From Sulfurospirillum sp. UBA6810 (lineage in GTDB: Bacteria; Campylobacterota; Campylobacteria; Campylobacterales; Sulfurospirillaceae), in the NCBI GenBank assembly GCA_002469305.1, contig DKEY01000016.1, forward strand, positions 72,501 through 136,500: a stretch of 64,000 nucleotides of DNA, written 5' to 3'. Under the pieces are notes generated by a model, which worked only from the letters and a program-made list of their open reading frames with translations, was not told the origin of the DNA and did no database searches. Shown piece by piece: positions 33,367-42,867 of the stretch. The translations under genes were made by a program, and so were the position numbers. The number at the start of each line of letters is the position of its first letter. Position 1 is the first letter of the stretch.

Positions 33367-36018
33367 CTATTTATACCAAACATCACTTCCTGCTGTGTTA
33401 CAAGAAGCTGTTGCATTTGCTTTTGTTGAATAAAATCCTCTACAGCTATAGCCTCCACTTTGTGTAACTGAGCTGTTCGGAATTTCAGAGATTGGATTAG
33501 AGCATGAGAAAAGTTGTCCGAAAGTAAAAATATTTACACCATTTACATAAACAAGACATCTTACAGTATCACCTGAGATATTATATGCACATGGATTCGT
33601 AATAGCCCAATTACTTAAATATGTTGCTCCACTACTATACCAATTTTTAGATGTCGTTGTATTGCTATTTAATACATTTGTTTCATAGCAATATTTACTA
33701 TAACCCTTTGATGTAATAGTGCCTATGACATTGTTAGAATCAATATAAATATCTGTTAAGGAAAATCCCCAAGCACTTTGAGCTTTATCATCGAAGTCTT
33801 CAGCTCCCCAAGTTGAAGCAACGGGCTTGGCATCCAACAATCGATTTGTCACCGTACCCGTTACAGAGTAGTACCATTGTTTCGCAGATGGGTTGTTTAC
33901 ATATGCTATACCGCCATCTAAATAGTTATTTGCAGGTGTCCCTGTGTAATTTGTTTCAGTGCCAGTATTAAGTGTTAAGTTTATTCTTGTACTGTTACTA
34001 GGTGCGCTTAAGTCTTCCCTTGAACCATCTGTTATTGCATAAGCTGTACTTGACTCATTAGCACAATCACTTGACCAGACTTTTTGACCTGAGGAATAAG
34101 TAGTATATCCTGAGTCTCTACAGTACTCAAGAGCCGATGTAATTCCCTCACCACTTAAATAAACTTTATATCCCACTAAAGAACTAGGCACTACTGACAC
34201 AAATTGATTTAAGCTTGTAGTGTTTATTTTTTGATTTACACCTGTGCCATTAAAACTTGCCATATTTACACCTGTGCAAGTTCTATCAAGTAGATTATTG
34301 CCTAAATGGTCTTGGACAACTACAGCTGCTTGTGTAACAAAATTCCCATCATATGTGTAACATACGGAACCATTTACAAGAGATGGGTATTTTAATATAA
34401 CACTTCCTGCAGGCACATTGCCTGAAGTATTTTGAATTAAATGAGCAGCTCCATTGCTAGAATAAGCATTTGCTACGCTTGAAACAGGAATTGCATCTGT
34501 AAGCAGGTTTTTAACATTTAAAGCACTCGGAGCGAAATAAAAAGGATACATATTATCAGTAAGTTCGCCTGCATAAGTGCCATCCGTTCCATTACATGTG
34601 CCTATTGAACAATCAGACACATTTATAAAATATGTTACACCTGTTGCTAAATCTGAAAAAATATCTCTTCCATTTACATGATTGCTCACTTGATGAATAC
34701 CGTCAGTAGAAGTCCAAATACTGTTTGATAAATAATAGTATTTATTTTGAGAAACAACGTAAGCATACACTCCATCATTTCCAGACTGAGAAGCATCATT
34801 AAACTCAAAAATATCCTCTAAAGTATCAGCTTGGTATATCCATACATTTGTCTCACCTGATACAGCAACATTTCCTTTTATCAGCTTATCAATGCCTCCT
34901 GTTTTATTTGCAATCCAAGCAGTTGTACCACTTGCAAACAAGTCAGATAGAGTAGAAAGAGCTGAAATATCTTTAGTAACCACAAAAGAGTTGCTTGGAA
35001 CTACCCAATAACCACCTGTTTCATAATCATCTTTTTTAGTAAAATCTAAACTTCCACCGAACTCCCCATTAGGCGCAGATGATGAAACTACAGAACCACC
35101 CGATTTGTCAAATAAAGAAGTAGCCATTAACAAAACCGTTCCTGTACCGTTATATAGTCCACCTGCGGAACTTCCACCATCCATATTGTGTTCGACCCAT
35201 TTATCACCGTTATGAGTATAAAACTTTATAACATCATCTATCTCAACTTTGGCACATAACCCTCTAGTTCCTGGTGTTGTATCTTCATTAAAATTTGACT
35301 CTTGAGTAAAAAATAGATTTCCAGTACAACCATCAGATGTGGTTTTTGTTGCATTTTCGCCACCAACTGTTCCAAGTTTGATGTACTCTCCTGTATTTGG
35401 ATCCCATCCATACACATCTAGTCCACCATTTCCATTTGGCACAAAATACTGTTTGCCCTCTTCCCCTGGATTTGGCAAATCAGAGATGTTTGATACAAGT
35501 ATTTTATCTGGATCGGAATTGATATCTTCAATAATATCTAATATTGTTTGAGTCTCTTGAGGTATGTTGATATAAAATGTTGAATAATCTGATGAAATCT
35601 TTTGGTTTGGTTCTAAAAATAAACTCGTATTAAAAAGTCTTTTGATATCATCGTTGACACCCGTTAAAACATTTTTGAGTGAAATTTTGCCATCAGCAAG
35701 TTCTATCGTGATACCACCTGACTCTCCACAGTAAGAGCCAGAGACATCACAAGGTTCATTTAATAAAGTTGTAAATTTTGCATTGACTATTATAGAGTTA
35801 AATGTTTGAAGCTCTGCTCTAGTTGGTGTTGCGTCCCCTGTATTGTTTATGTAACCAACTATTTCATTTAATAAAAAAGTTAATCTTTTGACATATTCAT
35901 CTATAGTTGCTTGTCTATCTTGTTCTAGCATTGTACCTGTAACTGAGGCATTAGAGAATGTCAGAACAGATACTATCATTATGATTGATAAAAATGATTT
36001 AAAAGCCTTGTTTTTCAT
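33367..36018 (-). CDS. 883-aa secreted protein: 718-aa constant part plus exchangeable 165-aa C-terminal tail (candidate pilus-associated adhesin, functional analogue of R64 PilV)
   Basis: Sec-type signal MKNKAFKSFLSIIMIVSVLTFSNA. In-frame core site at codons 719-722 (YYSVTGTVTNRLLDAKP). Tail ends CNTAGSDVWYK. Own promoter-like motif 36048..36078. Directly downstream of the pilus operon. Confidence 0.85.
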   Translation of the reverse strand: MKNKAFKSFLSIIMIVSVLTFSNASVTGTMLEQDRQATIDEYVKRLTFLLNEIVGYINNTGDATPTRAELQTFNSIIVNAKFTTLLNEPCDVSGSYCGESGGITIELADGKISLKNVLTGVNDDIKRLFNTSLFLEPNQKISSDYSTFYINIPQETQTILDIIEDINSDPDKILVSNISDLPNPGEEGKQYFVPNGNGGLDVYGWDPNTGEYIKLGTVGGENATKTTSDGCTGNLFFTQESNFNEDTTPGTRGLCAKVEIDDVIKFYTHNGDKWVEHNMDGGSSAGGLYNGTGTVLLMATSLFDKSGGSVVSSSAPNGEFGGSLDFTKKDDYETGGYWVVPSNSFVVTKDISALSTLSDLFASGTTAWIANKTGGIDKLIKGNVAVSGETNVWIYQADTLEDIFEFNDASQSGNDGVYAYVVSQNKYYYLSNSIWTSTDGIHQVSNHVNGRDIFSDLATGVTYFINVSDCSIGTCNGTDGTYAGELTDNMYPFYFAPSALNVKNLLTDAIPVSSVANAYSSNGAAHLIQNTSGNVPAGSVILKYPSLVNGSVCYTYDGNFVTQAAVVVQDHLGNNLLDRTCTGVNMASFNGTGVNQKINTTSLNQFVSVVPSSLVGYKVYLSGEGITSALEYCRDSGYTTYSSGQKVWSSDCANESSTAYAITDGSREDLSAPSNSTRINLTLNTGTETNYTGTPANNYLDGGIAYVNNPSAKQWYYSVTGTVTNRLLDAKPVASTWGAEDFDDKAQSAWGFSLTDIYIDSNNVIGTITSKGYSKYCYETNVLNSNTTTSKNWYSSGATYLSNWAITNPCAYNISGDTVRCLVYVNGVNIFTFGQLFSCSNPISEIPNSSVTQSGGYSCRGFYSTKANATASCNTAGSDVWYK
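33854..33865 (-). repeat. shufflon core site R14, the active site inside the 883-aa gene
   Basis: Exact reverse-complement 12-mer in frame at codons 719-722 of 33367..36018. Confidence 0.85.
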
Positions 36019-36047
36019 TTCAGACTCCTTACGAAATTATTCTAGAA

Positions 36048-36078
36048 TATAATAAATTTATAATTAAATAAGGCTTAA
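36048..36078 (-). promoter_or_regulatory. conserved promoter/operator-like motif P8 (in front of the adhesin gene)
   Basis: TTAAGCCTTATTTAATTATAAATTTATTATA. 29 nt upstream of ATG 36018. Overlaps the stop of 36075... Confidence 0.55.
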
Positions 36079-37049
36079 TTTATGGCAATATTTAGGGAAG
36101 TAGATAAACTCTCTGTTTCTGATAACTTTTCTGTATCACTCATAAAAGAAAAATTTTCATAGACGACATCTTCAACAAGAGTATTCAATTCAGCAGGAGA
36201 GACTTCTTTGATATAGTTTTTTAATTCCGCATTCAAAGAACCATACTCTATTTTTTTTATAATTCCCCTCAAGACACCTTTTGTGAGACTTGCTAGTAAT
36301 TGCTCCCTCTCTTCAGAGCTTATTACATCTCCTCCAACTTCATACTGTTTTGAGAGATATGCAACGCGGTTTAAAATAGTAAAAATTTTTGTAGTTGAAT
36401 CATATCTTGGTAAAAGTGCTGATGCAAAAGCAGCTTTACCAAACTCTTTATTTACAAGGTACTCATTTGTTTGTTCTAGTCTTTGCTCATAAAGAATTTT
36501 TCTTTTTTTCTTATAAGTATCAAGTTTTTCATCACTTGATTTAATTATTGTAACTGTTTCACCATCTACTGTTCCATTTTTTAAGATAGAGCTAACTTTG
36601 GTCCCTTGTTCCCCTCTCGCACTAAATGTAACTTTATCTGCTTCTACTTGCAAGAAAGAGGTGTCTTTTGATACTATTGTATTACACTCTTCTAAAGTAA
36701 TTTTATTCGTAGCCACTAAATCTGCGCACGTTGGCGTACCTTGTATATTTCCTTTTAAGTAAATTTTTACCGCTTCGCTGTATTTATTTAAAAGCAATCC
36801 ATCTTGATCTGAAAAATCATCATCATAAACCACTAATTCACTTGGCTTAACTCCATTTTGGAATAAAGACCTCGTTCCATCACCACTTTCATTAAAATAA
36901 ATTTGATTATATTTATGAGCTTCATTTGCTTTTTCAATAGTTTTTTGTGCTCTTTTCTCTGAAAATAAATCATTTACATCTTCTATACTTATTAAAGCAT
37001 CCCCTATCAAAAAAACAACAAGACTTATAAGTAAAAATGGAAATGGCAT
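36075..37049 (-). CDS. membrane-anchored hypothetical protein (start moved to MPFPFLL)
   Basis: AAGGAAAG RBS before the ATG at 37049. N-terminal hydrophobic anchor FPFLLISLVVFLIG. Part of the pilus operon. Confidence 0.55.
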   Translation of the reverse strand: MPFPFLLISLVVFLIGDALISIEDVNDLFSEKRAQKTIEKANEAHKYNQIYFNESGDGTRSLFQNGVKPSELVVYDDDFSDQDGLLLNKYSEAVKIYLKGNIQGTPTCADLVATNKITLEECNTIVSKDTSFLQVEADKVTFSARGEQGTKVSSILKNGTVDGETVTIIKSSDEKLDTYKKKRKILYEQRLEQTNEYLVNKEFGKAAFASALLPRYDSTTKIFTILNRVAYLSKQYEVGGDVISSEEREQLLASLTKGVLRGIIKKIEYGSLNAELKNYIKEVSPAELNTLVEDVVYENFSFMSDTEKLSETESLSTSLNIAIN

Positions 37050-37059
37050 TTTTCTTTCC

Positions 37060-37656
37060 TTACTTCTCAAACACAAATAAAATCATATTATCTGTATCGG
37101 TTCCACCCTCTGTATCAAAAGATGTTGCTTTGTCATTATAACTTTTTAAAATCGTGTCATAATTGTTTTTATAGTAAGACAAAAAGTCATATTCTAGCCC
37201 CTCAGATAAGGACAGAGGCAAGTCAGAACAATCGATAAAAACTTCGAAGCTTTTCGAGTTATTACTATCCTCTTGATAATACTTTCTGCAACCTTTACCC
37301 GTATTTCCCCATGTAACCATATACTCAAAATACGATTTAGTACCATCTTTTTCATCGGTTTCAGAAGAGCCTGTGTAAACCATATCGTGATTAGATAGTG
37401 TTGAGCAATTTGCTATTCTATAAGCGGTCATATCATTGTAGTAACCAAGCATAGAACAACTAGAATTTCTTTTGCTAACATACCCTATAAAAGGGTTAAA
37501 TATACCTGTTTCTAACTCTTTTCCACTATCATCAAACATTTTTTCTACTGCATTTTCATAACGCATAGCATGTATTTTACCAACAGCGAAATAGGAAAGA
37601 ATACCAATAATAACCAATACAAAAGTAAGCTCCACAAGAGTCATACCTTTTCTCAT
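37060..37656 (-). CDS. type IV prepilin-like protein (minor pilin/pseudopilin candidate)
   Basis: Class III signal MRKG|MTLVELTFVLVIIGILSYFAV with Glu at +5. ATGA overlap with the ATPase gene. Confidence 0.8.
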   Translation of the reverse strand: MRKGMTLVELTFVLVIIGILSYFAVGKIHAMRYENAVEKMFDDSGKELETGIFNPFIGYVSKRNSSCSMLGYYNDMTAYRIANCSTLSNHDMVYTGSSETDEKDGTKSYFEYMVTWGNTGKGCRKYYQEDSNNSKSFEVFIDCSDLPLSLSEGLEYDFLSYYKNNYDTILKSYNDKATSFDTEGGTDTDNMILFVFEK

Positions 37657-39611
37657 GATGCAGCCTTTTTGTTCATCTCTTCTGCGATAGCTTTAATTTT
37701 CTCTATTTGAGCTCCTAGCACACCCTCGTAAACCGCCTTACTTATTTTGCCATCTTTATATTTTTGTCTTGCCACATCTTCTGCGCTTCTATAAATAATA
37801 GCTCCACTAGCAATAAGTTTATCAAAGTCTTTAGAAGGGTTGCAATCTAGTGGCACTTTGCCAGGAATTAAATAGGCAAGCTCATATATAAGCTCTCTAT
37901 CATGGCTACCTGTTCCAAAACAATTTTCGCATACAACTTCTTTACCATTCTCTGCTAATTTTCCTGTACCTTTGCATTTTGGACATAAGGCAGGTACGAG
38001 CCTATGGTGCAAAAGTGTTCTCAAAAGAGGAAGATAAGAGACTGGCTTTAATCCCGCATTATCTAAAACGGTAAAAATAGACCGAACATCATTTGTATGC
38101 ACAGAGAAAGCCATTAAACGTCCTCTAGCTGCTCCATTTACTGCTGCTACTATTTCATCAGCACCTCTTACCTCTCCAACAATTAGTCCATCAACATACT
38201 GCTTTAACATAAAGTTAACCGCTTTAGTGATGGTTACTTTTTTCTCTTCTTTTGAGGCCCTTTTTGTGTCATCAGTAGCTATTTGTCTAAAGCCCTTATG
38301 TTGAAATTCAACTGAGCTATCAATTGTAACAATTTGTGCATCATGGTTATCATGTAGATCTGCAAAAATTGAAGAGAGAGCCGTAGACTTCCCTGAACTT
38401 GGAGGACCAGCAACAATGTTACAACCAACATGTAACTGCTCATCATTAATCATAGCAGAGTGGATGATTTTTAAATCTTCTGGATAATAGCCTATTTCAT
38501 CAATTTTTCTTAGTGAGTCACCTGAATCTAAAAGACGGATATGAATACTTCTTGCAAAATCTTGGTGGCCATGTGCTCTGCTTGATATATACTGTCTTGC
38601 CATACTCACACGAAATGTTTTATCTCCAATAGGAATATCTGTGTAATCCTCCCCTGTTCTATCAAAAGAGCCTTTATGGATGGTTCCACTTACATCAAAC
38701 TCTTGATTATTTGTATTTTCCCCTATGTCGATTAAAAGAGCTTGGATAATCAATTTTGCATCAGAGTTTGTAAAAGCATCTTTGCCTAAACATATTTTTT
38801 TACCATTTTTTACAGCCCACATTGACCATAGAGCATCATCATATTGATAAATTAATAAATCTGAATAGTTATGTGTTGCAATATAGGCATATAGATTGGC
38901 TGTTGAAATTTTGTTTGTTTTTCTGTCAATAATATCTAACTTATCTTGTGTGCCAAATTGCTTTTGGGCAACATCTGGACCAATGAAGACCATTTCATCA
39001 TAATAAAATGGAGCAATCGCAGGAGTGGGGTAAAAAATGCCTATCATTTTTTTTCCTTTATTCCATGCTTTTTTGCCTGTTCCCAATACCATATAATGTC
39101 TTTTTAAAATCTTATACTTTTCTGCATTTCTCTCTTTGTTTTCCATTGCAACATTAGATGAGTCTAAATCATTCTCAGAATGCTTATCCCCTTTCCTTAC
39201 ATACAAAAAGGCATCTTCAATAGCTCTGGTGTCTTTTAAATCCCAATCACTTGTAATTGCAGAGTAAGTTTTGTAATAAATTCTAGAATTTGCCAAAAGT
39301 TCTACTTCACTACTAGCCTCATTAACAGCATTTTTTATCATCTCAAGTCTCTCTGGAGTCTTGTTGTTGATAACTTTAGCATACTCTTCCATCATCTTTC
39401 TGTGTTCAATGGAATTATCTAAAAAAGCAGCTATCCCAGCTATATTCCCTTTTTTATTTTTTTTGAAATAATTGTTTATTATCTGCTCTGTTTTCCCATG
39501 AATTTCTATCGAGCTCTTATTTTCAGAAGATGGTTGAGCTTTCTTCTCAGAACCCCATTGACTAATCACTCTTCCTGCGGCGTTAATTAATTTTATTAGA
39601 CTATTTTTCAT
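37653..39611 (-). CDS. GspE/PilB-family type IV pilus assembly ATPase
   Basis: Walker A GPPSSGKST, Walker B region DGLIVGEVRGADE, His box FSVHTNDV, tetracysteine CPKCKGTG...CENCFGTG. Confidence 0.9.
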   Translation of the reverse strand: MKNSLIKLINAAGRVISQWGSEKKAQPSSENKSSIEIHGKTEQIINNYFKKNKKGNIAGIAAFLDNSIEHRKMMEEYAKVINNKTPERLEMIKNAVNEASSEVELLANSRIYYKTYSAITSDWDLKDTRAIEDAFLYVRKGDKHSENDLDSSNVAMENKERNAEKYKILKRHYMVLGTGKKAWNKGKKMIGIFYPTPAIAPFYYDEMVFIGPDVAQKQFGTQDKLDIIDRKTNKISTANLYAYIATHNYSDLLIYQYDDALWSMWAVKNGKKICLGKDAFTNSDAKLIIQALLIDIGENTNNQEFDVSGTIHKGSFDRTGEDYTDIPIGDKTFRVSMARQYISSRAHGHQDFARSIHIRLLDSGDSLRKIDEIGYYPEDLKIIHSAMINDEQLHVGCNIVAGPPSSGKSTALSSIFADLHDNHDAQIVTIDSSVEFQHKGFRQIATDDTKRASKEEKKVTITKAVNFMLKQYVDGLIVGEVRGADEIVAAVNGAARGRLMAFSVHTNDVRSIFTVLDNAGLKPVSYLPLLRTLLHHRLVPALCPKCKGTGKLAENGKEVVCENCFGTGSHDRELIYELAYLIPGKVPLDCNPSKDFDKLIASGAIIYRSAEDVARQKYKDGKISKAVYEGVLGAQIEKIKAIAEEMNKKAAS

Positions 39612-40173
39612 TATTCTTCTTTGCCTCTAGTTTGAAGTAGACCAAAACAGAAGAGTTATCAACCTCTCTTAGTTCTCCAACAATTTTTGGTAAAGTTTTA
39701 GACTCTTTTAAAAGAGAATGCAACAAATTATTTGCTGCCTTAAACCCATCTTTAAAGCCATAAATCCAATCAACTTGTTTATACTTAATGGTAACAAGTG
39801 CAAGATTGAAATATTTTGGGGATATTTCTACTTTTTCTACCGTAACGTAAAAAGGAGAAAAGCCATATTTTCTTTGTGTTTTATTTTTCAAATCTTCATC
39901 AATGAGTTTTTGAAAATCTTTCTTAAGCTCATCCATGTCATATTCATAGGAAAGTATCATTTTCAAATATGGCTCTGCTTCCTTGATATTTGCATCAAGA
40001 ACGGTAAGACGTTGACTTAAAGATTTATGTGTATTTCTAGCCTCATTACCTCGCACATTTTTATAGTTGATAAAAAACTTTACAGAAAAAAACAGAACCA
40101 TTAAAACAGATAAAAAGACCATCGCTATAATAGCAACTGCTTTTCTTCTGCTTTTCAAAGAGTTTATTGTCAT
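39601..40173 (-). CDS. bitopic pilus-assembly accessory protein candidate (190 aa)
   Basis: Single N-terminal TM AVAIIAMVFLSVLMVLFF. Overlaps both neighbours in the operon. Confidence 0.5.
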   Translation of the reverse strand: MTINSLKSRRKAVAIIAMVFLSVLMVLFFSVKFFINYKNVRGNEARNTHKSLSQRLTVLDANIKEAEPYLKMILSYEYDMDELKKDFQKLIDEDLKNKTQRKYGFSPFYVTVEKVEISPKYFNLALVTIKYKQVDWIYGFKDGFKAANNLLHSLLKESKTLPKIVGELREVDNSSVLVYFKLEAKKNNEK

Positions 40174-41018
40174 TGGTAAACCTCTTTTTTTATTTTAAGT
40201 TTTTCTTGAGCATCTTTAAAAGTTTGCTCTTTCTTTCTTACATCTATTTCCTTAGTGGCAATCTGTTTGTTTAAATCAGAAACCTCTTTTCTCTCTTTTT
40301 CTAAAAAATAGCTAGGTACATGCAAACCCAATATAAAAACAGAAATAAGAGGTAAAATAAGGGGTATAAAATACTGATTTAACACATTCGATTGGTACTC
40401 TTTTTTTGTTTGAACAGGTATTGTTAAATCGAACAAGGTTTTAATGCTTTTCAAATCTAAGAAAGTTACCTCTTTGAAATTAAAAAATCTTGATTTCTGA
40501 GAACCAATAAAAATTATTTTTTCCGCATATCCAGAATAAACTGCTAAGATATCTTGTATTCTTGATTCAATCACATTTGGGCGTTCCCACTCAGGATCAC
40601 TAGCCCTTGCTTGAAAATAGGCAGGAGGAATAAAGGTATCGTAAGGATTGTTAGTTTTTATAAAAAAATACTCGATTTTTGTATTATCTTCCACACCAAA
40701 AACTACCAATGAAATCTCATTCTTGTAAAGCTTTTTATATGTTCTCACTAAATCGTAAATAGAGTATTTTGCTTTTTCGCCATCAATAATTTGGATAATG
40801 TTTTCTTCTTTATCCTCTTTTACCATTTTCCCTATAAAGTCCTCTTTGGGAGAATCCATATAATTTCTATAACTCATTACTTCTGGCAATACAATATCAT
40901 CAATAGATATTTCTACTTTTTTTAAAGTTGGGACCACAGACTCTAAAAAAGAGATAACTTGTGAAAATTTATAGCCTACTTGTAAAAAAGGTCTATATGC
41001 TTTTTTTGCTGTTTGCAT
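40170..41018 (-). CDS. hypothetical protein with C-terminal TM segment and coiled coil (282 aa)
   Basis: Operon position between the platform and ATPase genes. TM segment YFIPLILPLISVFILGLHV. Confidence 0.5.
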   Translation of the reverse strand: MQTAKKAYRPFLQVGYKFSQVISFLESVVPTLKKVEISIDDIVLPEVMSYRNYMDSPKEDFIGKMVKEDKEENIIQIIDGEKAKYSIYDLVRTYKKLYKNEISLVVFGVEDNTKIEYFFIKTNNPYDTFIPPAYFQARASDPEWERPNVIESRIQDILAVYSGYAEKIIFIGSQKSRFFNFKEVTFLDLKSIKTLFDLTIPVQTKKEYQSNVLNQYFIPLILPLISVFILGLHVPSYFLEKERKEVSDLNKQIATKEIDVRKKEQTFKDAQEKLKIKKEVYQ

Positions 41019-41019
41019 T

Positions 41020-42135
41020 TTATTTACTCCCGATTTTTTCTGCTAAGTCTCTAATAGTGTCAAGATTGTTCATAAGCGTATAATAAAAAGTTAATATAAA
41101 GCCAAAAAATATACTATACCAATACCAAGAGAGAATATTTTTTAGCCCTATTCCAAACTTCTTTTTAAGTAGAAAATTTAACCTTGTATCAATTGTCTTA
41201 TCGCAGTATTCTAACAACCAATCAATAGGAGTGATTGAATTGTTTTTAGACTCTTTTTTTGTGCTTCTAATATAAGAAGATGCCTCATAAAGAGTATCAG
41301 ACTTTTCATGTGCTTCAAAAAAGCTTGTGATATCATAAGGGATATTAAACCTTCTAAAGAGCTTAGAAAAAGAAGTAAAAGTGTCATTTTTTCCAACCGC
41401 AAACATTTTTCTAATCCCTACAGGAGAGGCATAAACACTCAATGTTTTTGCCATGCTTACATCATTTAAACCTTTTTCTGAGTATATTTGAAGAGATTTT
41501 AAGATATTTGGAAAATCTTCATACGCTTTTAAAGGGAATAGCTCATAAAGTCTTTGCAGATCACTCTTCTCTAAATGCTTATAGTAAGCAATAAATGAAA
41601 CATATGCTATCAATACAAAAAATCCAAAAGCAATTAAATACTCTGGATGGTTCATAAAAGCAAAAAAATCTAATTCTTTGGCACCATTTTTCTTTACTTT
41701 ATTTGCCATATCAGACAAAAATAGTACAAATTTATAAGAAAAGAGTCCTGCTAAAATAGGAACTATTACCGTAACCAAAAAAGGAAGAGTAGTTGTACTT
41801 CGAAACGCCTCTTTAATTCTATTATTTCCCTCTCTAAGAGACAAAATGATATCAATAGCTTTTGCAAAATCATCGACTTCATCTAGTAACTTATACTCAG
41901 ATTGTGTTATCAAGTTGTATTTATAAAATACTTGAGCAAGTGGCTCTAGCCTTCTAATATGAAGTGTTTTCATCTCACTTAAAAGATTTCTTCTAGCGCC
42001 GACTTCTGTTCCAATAAGTGCATCAAATATATTTTCTATGCTACGTCCACTACTTGCATAAGTAGCCATATTTGTTAGAATGAGACTTGACTCACTTTTG
42101 ACGAACTTGTCATTACGAAAGAAACCAAAAAGCAT
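41020..42135 (-). CDS. GspF/PilC-like inner-membrane platform protein candidate
   Basis: 371 aa with three hydrophobic segments separating two soluble regions. Sits in the operon with the ATPase, secretin and pilins. Assignment by architecture only. Confidence 0.5.
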   Translation of the reverse strand: MLFGFFRNDKFVKSESSLILTNMATYASSGRSIENIFDALIGTEVGARRNLLSEMKTLHIRRLEPLAQVFYKYNLITQSEYKLLDEVDDFAKAIDIILSLREGNNRIKEAFRSTTTLPFLVTVIVPILAGLFSYKFVLFLSDMANKVKKNGAKELDFFAFMNHPEYLIAFGFFVLIAYVSFIAYYKHLEKSDLQRLYELFPLKAYEDFPNILKSLQIYSEKGLNDVSMAKTLSVYASPVGIRKMFAVGKNDTFTSFSKLFRRFNIPYDITSFFEAHEKSDTLYEASSYIRSTKKESKNNSITPIDWLLEYCDKTIDTRLNFLLKKKFGIGLKNILSWYWYSIFFGFILTFYYTLMNNLDTIRDLAEKIGSK

Positions 42136-42816
42136 TTATCTACCCTTTACCGCTAAAACTAAAAAGTCTTTATTCAAATCTTTAACATAGACAATATCAT
42201 CTATGAAAACATCTTTTTTTACTATCATAGTTTCATTGTTAACTACTTTTCTTATATTTGTATTTTTTGTTTGTTGGTTTCTGATCAAATTCAGAACATT
42301 TTGAGAGAGTTTCTTTTCAGTATCAATCAACAATGCCAAATTATCAGAAGCAAGAGATTTTTGAAGATAAGCAATTGTATTGTCGATATCTTTTCTTTTT
42401 AGAAAGTTTTGCTGTAAAGACTCTGTAGCACTCTCAACAAGACCTATTTTAATAGAAGCTTCTTTGCTATCCCCAATTTCACTATAAGAAGAAACTCCAT
42501 GAACAGTTTTTACTAAAGGGTATTTAATAGCTTCACCTTTTAACACAGTTACCAATTGGCTCAATTTTGCTTTATACGTTTGCGGATTGCTTTTTGCCAT
42601 CTTTTCATAACTGTTAAACTCTTTTTCTGTATCGGTAGCTTGTTTTTCTAACTCCATAATAGGACTAACTTCTACAGCAGGAGCCACACCCTTTGTTGCA
42701 ACGTTAGCACTTTTACCTTGTCTAATTTGGGCAATTTTATTCATCTCCTCATCAAAAGGGGAGTTTGCTGCAAATAGCGAAGAAATTAAAACAAAAAAAG
42801 TTAATAAGAATTTCAT
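42136..42816 (-). CDS. secreted hypothetical protein (226 aa)
   Basis: Signal peptide MKFLLTFFVLISSLFA. Abuts the platform gene. Confidence 0.55.
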   Translation of the reverse strand: MKFLLTFFVLISSLFAANSPFDEEMNKIAQIRQGKSANVATKGVAPAVEVSPIMELEKQATDTEKEFNSYEKMAKSNPQTYKAKLSQLVTVLKGEAIKYPLVKTVHGVSSYSEIGDSKEASIKIGLVESATESLQQNFLKRKDIDNTIAYLQKSLASDNLALLIDTEKKLSQNVLNLIRNQQTKNTNIRKVVNNETMIVKKDVFIDDIVYVKDLNKDFLVLAVKGR

Positions 42817-42832
42817 TGATTATCCCTTTAAA

Positions 42833-42859
42833 ATAAGACGAGGTAAAACCTCGTCTTAT
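42833..42859 (-). terminator. intrinsic terminator/attenuator hairpin after the major pilin gene
   Basis: Minus-strand ATAAGACGAGG-TTTTA-CCTCGTCTTAT (11-bp stem) followed by TTTTAAA. Lies between the pilin stop (42868) and the next start (42816). Confidence 0.6.
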
Positions 42860-42867
42860 ATCTTTAT

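Noticed and set aside
25982-33865. Regularly recurring short repeat, possibly a CRISPR array
   Set aside because: The repeat is only 12 nt. The intervals are 490-680 bp of open reading frame rather than 30-40-nt spacers. The repeats occur in both orientations and are read in frame. No cas genes are present.
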